DNA of 64,000 nucleotides from Azolla caroliniana. Its lineage: Eukaryota; Plantae; Polypodiophyta. Under the pieces are notes generated by a model, which searched no databases, was not told the origin of the DNA, and saw only the letters and a list, made by a program, of their open reading frames with translations. A program made the translations under genes and the position numbers. The DNA lies in assembly GCA_043228905.1 (NCBI GenBank), contig JBHGNT010000013.1:18662001-18726000 (forward strand). Direction: 5' to 3'. This document shows, piece after piece, positions 49,598 to 60,573 of the stretch (within the stretch, counting starts at the first letter, position 1; each line of letters starts with the position of its first letter).

Positions 49598-52500
49598 TCA
49601 ACTACTTCCGGTGTGTTCCAGGGGTGCCCCGGAAAGGGTGAAGCACGACTTCCTACGCTCCGTCACTCCCTAGTCCAAGACCCCCGTGGTCCCGCCTTTC
49701 TCCACGCACGCGCGAAACTTCGCGACATCTTTGATGAACCCGACGTGAAAAGCGGCAAGGGAGGATGGAGTCGGAAGACGATGACCTCGCGGTGATGGTG
49801 GCCGAAGTGGTGTTGGAGTCTGCACGAGTGGTGATGAGGCAAGAAGTAGCGCAACAAGCGGTTGAGCGAGTGGTCGAAAGAGTCGGTCGTTTCAACGGGG
49901 ACAAAGTCCCATCTTACTTGGAAGCCTACAACGCGGAAATAGAGGAGCGAGACGTGGACGAAGCGTTGAGGCTGGAGTTCTTCTATCGGGTTGTCGCCGT
50001 CCGAATGCACGCGGAAGTGAAGGAGCTCCGAGAAGCTCATAGTTCGTGGGAGGCCTTTGAAGAGGCACTCCGGCAGGCATATGGAGGACGGCGGAAGAGC
50101 CGGGGACGGCACGACTTCGACCAGTGGGTAGCAATGGCAAAGACCCACCGAGGCGCAACGAAGGCGTTCCGAGAGTTCGAGCGACGGCTTGCTCGGCTTC
50201 CAGAGCGGGAACAAGGTTTGGTGGGGGCGGACAAAGTCCTATTGTTCGTCAGGTCGATCGACTGAGCGGAACGGGAGGCCATCGGGATTGAGCTCGAAGA
50301 CGATGACGGAGCGAATGGACTTACGGAGGACTGGTCGAAGGTCGGAAGGGTGTGCCAACGGCTAGACAACGAGCGAGCCGAGAAGGCTCAGAGGAAGAGG
50401 TGCGACGGCGTGCCATCACAACGGGAAGAGGCAGAATGGCAAAGAGAGTCGACAAGGGTCGGCGTTGGGGCCATGATTGCGAATGTGTACGCAGCTCTCG
50501 AGGCGATGCTCGAGGAAGAGGAAAGATCGAGGCCGCAAGCCAAGATTGAGGAGACGGACTTGCCCCACACGATGACAGAAGATCGGTACCACGGTACCAC
50601 GGGAGAGGGTGCAGAACAAAACGCCCTCTCGACTTGCGGAGATAGAACGGCCAAGGACGAGGCCGAGATACCAGTCGCGGGATCGGAACGTTCGAACCAG
50701 CGGTGTTGGGCGTGCCAGCCCGAAACCCCGGTCATTGGAGAAGCAAGCCCAGACGGGGCTTGCGCGATCGGTAAGGAAATGACCGCCGACCACGAAGAGC
50801 CGGTGGCTACGGACAAGGGCATAAAACGAACGGTCGATTCTTTGTGTATTCCCACACTTGCTCCCGAGACGATGGCAATCGGGCCCAAGTGCCCACGTGA
50901 GTCCCAAGAGGAGGAAGGCGGCGACGAGAGACCAAGAATCACCGGCGAGACGATACGGGGAAGGAGCGGACAAAAGCCCTCGAACCCGATTCCGGAGAAC
51001 TCGGCATTCGGGCCCGTATGCCCATGTAAGACCGAGGAGATGGATGGCGGTACCGAGGAGTCCTAGCACGATGCCAGCGAAGATGGATGGGAGATGGCCA
51101 ACGAAAAGGTTGACGAAGAGACCAAGGAATGACCCGACCGGGGACCGAACCGCGTGACGCTCCGATACGGGTGGAGCGTAATCCGGTCGTGGATTGTTCG
51201 ATCGGGGCCGGATTCGGCATAAAGGTGCCGATACGAGAGAGGGTGCGGGACGAGCCGCCCTCTTTTACATGGGGAGAAAGACCGACCGGGCGAAGGTCGG
51301 GAATGGAAGGAGGGTGATCAGAGGTTCGGAACGAGTCTGGCAAGATCGGCATCAGAGCCGAAACTCCAGACATTGGAGAATCAAGCTCAGGCAGGGCTTG
51401 ATTGATCACAGAGCGGATGCTATCCACCGACACCACTAAAAGGGGCGGTGGCCCGGACGAGTTGCCGAAAGACGTTGCGAAATCGGTTATGCCACATCCT
51501 ATCCGGAGATTGCGGTTGTTCGGCCGACGGGGCAACGTAAGACCAAAAGAGATGGAAGATGGAGGCGGGAACGCAGCAACGAGAGCGACGACGAGTTTGG
51601 GAGAAGTACGGGGATGAAGAGGAGAACGAAGACCGGTCCCATGAGATCTTCACACCAATCCGGCTGTCAGCCCGAGTGCCGGCGTGAGTCCTATAAGAGA
51701 GGTCGGTGGCAACAGGAGAACGGGACCCGGCAATCCGGAGAATGACGAACGGACCCAGACGAGAACCGGGCGGAGCAGACTCCCGGATAACCATTCTGGG
51801 AGGGAGGAAGAGAGCAATCCTATGAAGAGGCCGAGAACACGGTACGTCGGTACCACGGGAGAGGGTGTGGAGCGAGCCACCCTCTCGGCTTGCGAAGGAA
51901 GGAAGACCCGGGATAAGGGTCAAGGATACGAGGAGCCCAAGGAGGATCCTTCACACCAGATCTAGAGACTTCGGCAATCGGCAACGCGGTCGACGTAAGA
52001 CCAAGATACTGACGGTGGCGACGAGGGGACAAGGGCGGAAACGGCGAGAGAGGAAGTCCCACGAAGACACTCACACCGATCCGGAGACTCCGGCGGCAGG
52101 CTAGCAAGAGCCAGCGTGAGACCTAGGGAGATGGACGGTGGCGGCAGGAGAATGTGATCGGACGACAGGAGGCGACGAACGGCAAGGAGGTATGAGGCCG
52201 GCAAGGCGGCTACAGACCATCTCAAACCTTCCGGCAAGGTCAACGGGCGTAAGGAAGTCCGGTCCTACGGGATCCCCACACCGAACCAGAGACTTCGGCA
52301 GTTCGGCCAACGTGGCAACATGAGACCAAGAGAGAAGGTTGGTGGCGGTGGGAAACAGGACCCGACTACGCAAAGGACTCCGACAAAAGACATCCTGAAT
52401 TTCGGCAAGCAACAAAACAAAGACCGGTCCTATGGGATCTTCACACCGGTTCTAGAGACCCCGGCTGTTCGTCCAACGTGGCAACGTAAGACCGAGGGAG

Positions 52501-55500
52501 AAGGAAGGTGGCGGCAAGGAACGGGACCCGACGACACGAGATAATGGATCGGGAGTCGGTAAGACAGGGGAGGACGAAGTGCGAAACCCATACCGGTCGG
52601 TTACAGTTTCGGAAGGAACCGGTAGGGGGCAAACACGGGGAGGTGTGTCGGGCCGGAAAGGCACACCTAGGACGGAACAAGAGTCGTGGGCCGGATCGAA
52701 GCGTGACTACGGGTTGGTGTTCGGCACGGGCGGTGCCGAACAAAGGAAGCGGAAGACGGCACAAGGGAGGTGACGGGTGCATAGTGGACTGCACAGGGTC
52801 GGAGTCAAGGGATGACAAGGGAGTCCGGAGGAGGATCCTCCACATCCACTTCGTAGATCTCGGCCAGACAGTCAGAGTAATGAAGACTGACACGTCAAGC
52901 CCGGGATGACAAGCTGGTGGGGGCGATGGGACGACGGCAAGCGGAAGACTCAGGACCTGTTGCTGCAGCGCAAGACGGGAAGGGTCAAGCGGGCTACTAC
53001 GAGGTGTTCCTCGGAGGCGGAGGACACCGGTATGCGGATGAGCAGCGATGTACGATCTGGCCGGAAAGGGGCCGACAAGGTGTGCAATAAACCGGCGTAC
53101 GGCATAGGCAGTGCCAAACAACGGACGAGCATATGCGGCGCACGGAGGTGCCGGCGCGGAAAGGCGAGCGCGAAGATGGGTTGCGCGGTTCGGAGGTAGC
53201 GTTGTCGCAAAGTTTTGCGCACGTGTGTTACTTGGGCGGGACCGCGGGGATCTTGGACTAGGGAGTACTCAAGGGATAGAGGAGACCCGAGGTTTGCTTT
53301 ACGACAATACTACTTCCCGACCCCTTCCCGAGCAAGGTCTCGTTGCCCTTTGTTTTGTGAGGCCGGTGGCTCTTGTTGATCACGACTCGTTGACCTTCCG
53401 AGGTCACCGCACGAGCCAAGTGACCAAACAAGTACAAGCAAGATGAGCACGCAACATGAACACACAAGGGGACGATAACACAAACACGAATGTCCGTACA
53501 TCTTTATGAGGAGGAGAGGTGCATGGGTACGCCCGAACACTCCCTCTTCACAAGACGTCTAACGTACTAGGAAGACACAAAACACATGCACAAAATGCTC
53601 GTACGCCTTTATGAGGAGGAGAGGTGCATGGGCAAGCCCGAACGGTCCCCTCGTCACAAGACGGCCGAACGTACAAGGAAGACAAACACACGCACAAAAT
53701 GCACGTACGCCTTTATGACGAGGAGAGGTGCATGGGCAAGCCCGAACGGTCCCCTCGTCACAAGATGGCCAAACGTACGAGGAAGACACAAACACACACA
53801 CAAATACTTGTACGCCTTTATGAGGAGGAGAGGTGCATGGGCACGCCCGAACGGTCCCCTCGTCACAAGACGTCTAACGTACGAGGAAGACACAAAACAC
53901 ATGCACAAAATGCTCGTACGCCTTTATGAGGAGGAGAGGTGCATGGGCAAGCCCGAACGGTCCCCTCGTCACAAGACGGCCGAACGTACAAGGAAGACAC
54001 AAACACACGCACAAAATGCACGTACGCCTTTATGACGAGGAGAGGTGCATGGGCAAGCCCGAACGGTCCCCTCGTCACAAGACGGCCGAACGTACAAGGA
54101 AGACACAAACACACGCACAAAATGCACGTACGCCTTTATGAGGAGGAGAGGTGCATGGGCAAGCCCGAACGGTCCCCTCGTCACAAGACGGCCGAACGTA
54201 CAAGGAAGACACAAACACACGCACAAAATGCACGTACGCCTTTATGAGGAGGAGAGGTGCATGGGCAAGCCCGAACGGTCCCCTCGTCACAAGACGGCTG
54301 AACGTACAAGGAAGACACAAACACACGCACAAAATGCACGTACACCTTTATGAGGAGGAGAGGTGCATGGGCAAGCCCGAACGGTCCCCTCGTCACAAGA
54401 CGACCGAACGTACAAGGAAGACACGAATAAAGAAAGGAGAGAAAGAAACATGAATGATATCGACCAAAAAGATAAATACGTGTTTGATTCCAACGCAAGA
54501 GGACCCTTTATAAAATAGGGTTTTGTTTACAATGGCAACTTATAGTTAACCACAAGCTCAATCAAAACATAAATATTAAATGCCCTTAGAGACAGCAAAT
54601 TCGAACACGGCGAAGATGAACACACGAGCACCACCAAAATGCCAATCCCAACGAACCACAACAGCGCGTACAAGGCCAGAGAAGGATCCTCCACACCATT
54701 CCGGAGACCATGGCGGTTCGAGCCGACGTGGCGACGTAAGACCATGGACAAGGAAGGTGGCGACGAGAGGACGAAGGCAACGCAAAACAACATGGGATGG
54801 CAATCAGGACAACACGAATGGTCGACGGAGGCCAAGCGGGCCACTACGGGCGTTCCTCAAGCGGAGGACATCGGGCATACGACGGAGAACGGAGCGTGCA
54901 TACGGCCTAACAAGGGCCAGCGGAAGTATGCGTACCACAGAGATCGCGGCAAAGGACCCATCGACGGGTCGAACGAGCCTACGGGGAGGTAAGCTCGAAG
55001 GAAGAATCGAAGCCGACGGTTCAAACCGGCAGCGAGCCGGGATGCGGATTACGGAAGACCGGTTTCTCACCGGCCGAAATCTCTCACCCTTCACCGGATT
55101 TGGCACGTACCAGTGGACGTGTGGTTAGGTGGGGGCGGATGTCATGAAGAATTTTGTCTAGAGGCGGAAACCGGGAAATATTGGCTACATCGGCGGGGTG
55201 CCCTTGTGTAATTGTGTGAATAATAGGAGTTAAGTCAGGACAAAGAATCCCATGTAAATCGGGATTTATCCCACATTGTAACGCATCCCTCTCCTTGTTC
55301 TATAAAAGGAAGGGATGGTCCCTTGTAGAAGGGTTGCCCATTTTGTATTAGTAGGGTATACCATTAGACGGAGAAATGTTCTCTCTTTCTCTCTCTCTCT
55401 TGTTCTAGGGTTTTTCTTTCTCTTGCTCTCCTCTACTTCTTCTTCTTCGTCCTTCTGTGCATCAAGCCTTGGCATCTAGCGTTCCAGTTTTCTGCCCTAT

Positions 55501-55900
55501 ACTCTGTGCAAGACCCCGCTCGGCGCGACAAGCCCGAGAGCTCCTCGACCGGCGGTTTGGCAGTAGACAACGGTTGTATCTCATGCGACCTAGGTTCGGC
55601 TTGAAGTCGGTGTTGAATCTCGTTTTCTTGTAAATACATATACATTTGGTTGTGCATATTCGGGTCTCTGTTGGTGTGCGTGTGTGTGTCTTAGTGTTTC
55701 TTTCTTGCTTATGTACATGTTCGTGCGAGAGTCAATGTTGTGTGCCTGCTCTCTCTCTCTCTCTCTCCCTTCAGCTGCTTCCGGTGTGTTCCAGGGGTGC
55801 CCCGGAAAGGGTGAAGCATGACTTCCTACGCTCCGTCACTCCCTAGTCCAAGACCCCCGTGGTCCCGCCTTTCTCCACGCACGCGCGAAACTTAGCGACA
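48992..55900 (+). mobile_element. Element E: large non-autonomous LTR element (LARD-like), tRNA-Trp-type PBS
   Basis: 3' LTR 55140-55900 (TGTCA..CGACA); 5' LTR 48992-49727 lacks the first 61 bp; about 96% identical. PBS TGATGAACCCGACGTGAA 49732-49749; PPT aggtgggggcgga. gag-like N-terminus 49765-50265 (RFNGDKVPSYLEAY..WEAFEEALRQAY). No RT/RH recognisable. Confidence 0.88.
53475..54425. repeat. Tandem array of ~9 x 105-106-bp units inside element E
   Basis: Unit gtacgcctttatgaggaggagaggtgcatgggcaagcccgaacggtcccctcgtcacaagacggccgaacgtacaaggaagacacaaacacacgcacaaaatgcac. Variant pattern suggests a ~315-bp higher-order duplication. Confidence 0.95.
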
Positions 55901-55904
55901 ACGA

Positions 55905-58900
55905 GTATATCAATGGATCTCCCATACAATTTTTGTTTGATTCAAGAAGCTCATACAACTTTCTAAATGATCGTTTTGTTTAGATATGGGGAATCCAACC
56001 CACCGTAAGTGATCACACCTATACGATGCACTTGGCCGATGGAAGAGTACAATACATCAATGAGGCGATTCATTCATTGGGAATTTCTATCGATACTTAT
56101 ATAGGAAAGTAGACTTCCATGTAATGAATCTTTGTACCACTGATGTAATCTTGGGTTATCCCTAGTTCTATAATAAAAACTCTTCTTTATCTATCGATTG
56201 GGTTCATCATTCCATTTCCTTTGTACTGAACGATTGTACTCATTTTATTCAATGTGTAAAAAAACAATCCCTCTCGATTGTTTCCTCTCCATCAATATCC
56301 GAGTTGTCTTGTTCTACTCTATTTTATTGTGTACTTGATCCGGACATTCACGTTTACAATATCGATAATGTCTCGGTTCAATTAACATATTTTGAACAAC
56401 AGCAACTTGATGGAATCTTAAATGATTTTCGTGATGTTTTTCCGAGTGAATTACCAGATGGTTTACCTCCTAAACGTAATATAGACCATCGTATAGATAT
56501 TGTACCTGGCATTGCACCAATAAGTGTACCTCCATATCGCTTAAGTCGATCTGAAGAGGATGAGGTAGCTAAGCAACTCAAGGACTATTTACGAATGGGT
56601 TATATACGTTATAGCAAATCTCCATGGGGGGCACCAGTTCTCTTGGTTAAAAAGAAAGAGGGCACATGGCGTATGTGTATTAATTACCGACGCTTGAATA
56701 AAGTGACGATCAAGAATTCGTATCCATTGCCCCGGGCTGACGATCTAATTGACCGTCTCCAGGGAGCTCGGTATTTTACAAAACTTGATCTCCGTACTGG
56801 CTACCATCAAATTCGTATAAGTGAGGACGATGTTCCTAAAACGGCATTTCGTACGCGCTATGGCCATTATGAGTTTTTGGTTATGCCTTTTGGTTTGACC
56901 AATGCTCCGGCTACATTTCAACAAGAAATGAATTACATTTTCCGAGAACAACTTGGAAAATTTTGTCGTTATTTTCTTGGATGATATTTTAGTTTATAGC
57001 CGTACATTACAAGAACATGCTAAACATGTCCGCTTTGTTTTACAAACATTGCGTGACAAACAGTTTTACATGAAGATCTCAAAATGTGAGTTCTTCAAGA
57101 AATCAATTACTTATCTTGGACATCTCATTACCGAACGAGGAGTTGAAATTGATCCTTCTCACATCAACAAAATCAAGCTTTGGCCCACTCTTCGGAACAT
57201 TCGAGAAGTTCAATCATTCCTTGGTTTTGTCGGGTTTTTGCGAAAATCCCTTCGTAATTACTCCCAATTGACGATGTCATTTACTGATCTTCTAAAAGGT
57301 CAAACGCATAAGTCTACAAAACCTATTGTCTTGAATGCTACACTAGACCTCACCTTTAAGGAACTCAAGGACCTGGTGTGCAAGGCTCCTTCACTTCTTT
57401 TACTCGATCCTTCAAAACCTTTTGAGGTTGAAATCAATGCAAGCGATTATGCTATAGGTGTTGTCTTATATCAAGATGGTAAACCAATAGCATTCAAGAG
57501 TAAGAAACTTGATTCTGCTCAATGTCGGTATACTGTTCAAGAAAAGGAATTATTTGCAGTTATACATGCACTCAAAACATGGTGCCATTATCTTTATGGA
57601 AATCGCTTTGTGGTAACTACGGACCACGAGTCCTTGAAATATTTTTGTGACCAACAAGACCTCAAAGGTCGTAAGGCACGATGGGTTGATCTCATCCAGG
57701 ACTTTGATTTTTCCATACGATATCGTAAAGGTTCCATGAACACTGTCGCTAATGCACTAAGTCGCATTTGTGAAGTTAACATGCTTAGCTTCATTAAAAT
57801 ATCATCAGATCTTTATGATCACCTTCGAGGAAGTATCATGATGACAGTTATTTTGCAGAATATTGGGCAAGAGTTGAGTTTGGAACAGACACCACCACAT
57901 CCTCGAAGGAATACTTCCACATTGCTAACGGTCTGCTCTATCGTAATGGGAAGGTTTGTGTTCTAGATTTGCCTAAGGTCAAAAATAGAATTCTTTTTTA
58001 ATGCCATGATGCACCCTCAGCAGGGCACCCTGGAATACATTGTACACTCGTTCTCATCTCCACTCAATTTTATTGGCCTAAGATGTGTCGTGACATACAT
58101 AACTATGTGACTAAATGTCACCAATGTCAGGTTAAGAAAGCCGAGCGACTTAAAGCCGCAGGACTTTTACATCCCTTGGACATTCCCAATAATAAGTGGG
58201 AAAGTATATCCATGGATTTTATTGTTAGCCTTCCTCACACCCAAAAAGGCCATGATGCCATCTGGGTTGTGGTTGATAGACTAACTAAAATGGCCAGATT
58301 TATTGCTACTAAAACCACGATAACATCTCCTAAATTGGCTTACCAATTTGTTGACGAGTTATTTCGTTTTTATGGCTTACCGATGGATATCGTGAGTGAT
58401 CGAGATCCAAAGTTTACTAGTGACTTCTAGACGCAATCCACGGATCATCCTCAATCCGATGGACAGACAGAACAAGTAAATCAAATTATTGAGGACATGC
58501 TTCGAGCATATGTTGGTGCAAAACCAACAAAATGGGAACGTTATCTCCCAATTTTGGAGTTTGCTTATAATAGCTCCAAGCATATGTCAACGGGATATAG
58601 TCCTTTTATGTTGATGTATGGTTTTCAGCCACGAGCCCCAATTGATGTTAATATACATCATGATGAGTTGCGAAGTACACAAAACTTTCTTCGGGATATG
58701 CAAGATATGTTGCATATTGCACGAGATAATATAAAAACAGCTCAAGATAGAGCGCGTTTTTATGTTGATCATCATAGGCAACCTCGTGTATTCAACCCTG
58801 GACAGAAGGTATTTTTACGCATACCTCACAATTCTAAGACATTGTGTAAGGGTAAGTGCGCTAAGTTAGCCCCACAGTTTTGTGGACCTTTTACAGTCCT

Positions 58901-59244
58901 CAAATGCATTGGGTCATCGGCCTATCGTCTCGCTCTTCCCGATGGTGTTGAAATTCATCCAGTTTTTCATGTGAGTCGTTTAAAAGAACTTCTAGGTTCT
59001 GGCGACAATAAAGTTACAACTGAAACTCTGGTTACTTGTAAAGAATTGTCTTCTAAACCACATGTACCAGAAAGAATTCTCGATGTTAAAACAAAAAAAT
59101 TACGTACTAAAGAAATCCGAGAATTTAAAATAAAATGGATGGATAAATCAATAAAAGATGCCACATGGGAACGCGAAAATACTCTTAGAACTAACTTCCC
59201 TAACTTTGCATTGCAAGAGTGCAATGTTTTAAAGAGGGGGAGTA
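55905..59244 (+). pseudogene. Element B pol (PR-RT-RH-IN-chromodomain), disrupted
   Basis: FLFDSRSS (degenerate protease), [47 protein letters not shown], and chromodomain PERILD..EFKIKW..DATWE. Several stops and frameshifts. Confidence 0.92.
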
Positions 59245-60573
59245 TGTTACGGGCATGACCATATAATATCCTATGGTCAGAATTTACCGTAGTATTCTAT
59301 ACATGTGGATAAGTGTGAGGGTTAAACGAGGGTGTAAAGAAGGGGAGGATTACTTTTAATCCTCGGGATTGAGACAACCCATTAGGCCAAGTGTGAACTT
59401 GCATGGGGGCCTTGGGTATTGCTATAAATAAGAGGCCTAGCTACCCTCATTTGATCATCTGGTTGACTACGTCGAGACTCTATCTTGTGGTGGGTCAACT
59501 CTCATAGCAAGTGCGCCAGCACTAGGTACGACTCGACGCCACGGTGGTGGTATAGGACGCCGATCGAGGCTCGAGTCCATCTCGATCCCTTCGCTTGGGG
59601 GTGGTCGGGTGGATCGGCACCCTTCTTTCTCTCTCTCCTCTCTATCTAGATCTATCTATTCATCTATATTCCATCCTTATCTAATGCTTACATTAGTTCA
59701 TGTCTCTAACACCCATGGAACTAGCGGCCCTGATCAAATAATAGTTGGACGGGGCTTGTGATGGAAACGAGCTAACTATTAGTGAATAGAGATCAATTAC
59801 TCCTGTGGACTGAGGGCCACCTAGACTTGGCTGAGGTGGGGGACAAGAGGGCTATTGTTGTGTAGGAGGGGGGTCAGGAGAAGATCAATTGGCGGAGAAA
59901 GATCAATCGCTCCTGTGGACTGAGGGTCACCTGGACTTGGCTGAGGTGGGGGACAGGAGGGCTATCATGTCGGAGGGGGATCAAGGGAGCTCATGGGACA
60001 AGAAGTTAGTGGACAGTGAAATCAATTATAGCGCAATGCTTGAGGAACCAATTGCAACCTAAGGTGATGGGGAGGAGCTAGTGGGGCAAGACATAAAAGT
60101 GGCGTGAGAAAGTGAGATTGCCTAAGGTGACGATGCAACGGGCGTGCAAGAGTGGTATAAATGTTGGCGATTGCCAAAAAGAACTTGGATGGAAGGCGCG
60201 GTGGATGTCGAGATGCCTAACTAGTGAACTAAGGCGGTGCTAATGGAAGACATACCACTACAAGAGACTAACAAGATGTATACCTACGAAGCGGAAGAGG
60301 TGGATGCTTGGACGTGGGGGACTAGTACCCCACATCTCCACCAATATGTGAAATGCACATAAGAGATCAAATGCAGCCTACTTAGCTTCTTACTTCATAC
60401 TCAATTTATGGTTGATACAAAGGTACCCATTTGGGTTGGCTTAGTTAAAAAGGGTGTGCTAAAAGGGTGGTCGGCCTAGGTACATGCATCCTAAAAAAGG
60501 TGTGTTAAAAGGGTAGCACAAAGGAACACATGCACACCACAATATAGAGATATAGATAGATAAATTCTATTAT

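Larger units (their letters stand above)
31336..59711 (+). mobile_element. Element B: plant chromovirus (Ty3/gypsy), tRNA-iMet primed, gag deleted
   Basis: 5' LTR 31336-37089 (split by C), 3' LTR 59245-59711, TSD CCCAT. PBS TGGTATCAGAGC 37092-37103; PPT aaagagggggagta. LTRs about 94% identical by eye. Confidence 0.93.
30767..60541 (-). mobile_element. Element A: small non-autonomous Ty3/gypsy derivative (TRIM-like), outermost host of the nest
   Basis: LTRs 30767-30915 and 60347-60541 (TGTG..CACA) with 4-bp TSD ATAT. Minus-strand PBS TGGTGGAGATGTGGGGTA at 60343-60326 (tRNA-Ala-like) and a G-run PPT next to the left LTR. Integrase remnant 31001-31288 (SPYHPQTNGL..W...L...AYNT..H...PF..LYG). 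Own internal sequence is only ~1.05 kb. Confidence 0.88.

Noticed and set aside
50350-53450. Many overlapping 100-240 aa ORFs on both strands in E
   Set aside because: Expected in GC-rich, stop-poor sequence; no recognisable domain beyond possibly degenerate integrase-like traces.
53475-54425. Repeat array as CRISPR, ribozyme array or repeat protein
   Set aside because: Units are contiguous with no unique spacers and there are no cas genes. No hammerhead or twister core is present in the right order. The 106-bp period shifts frame, so the ORFs are artefacts.
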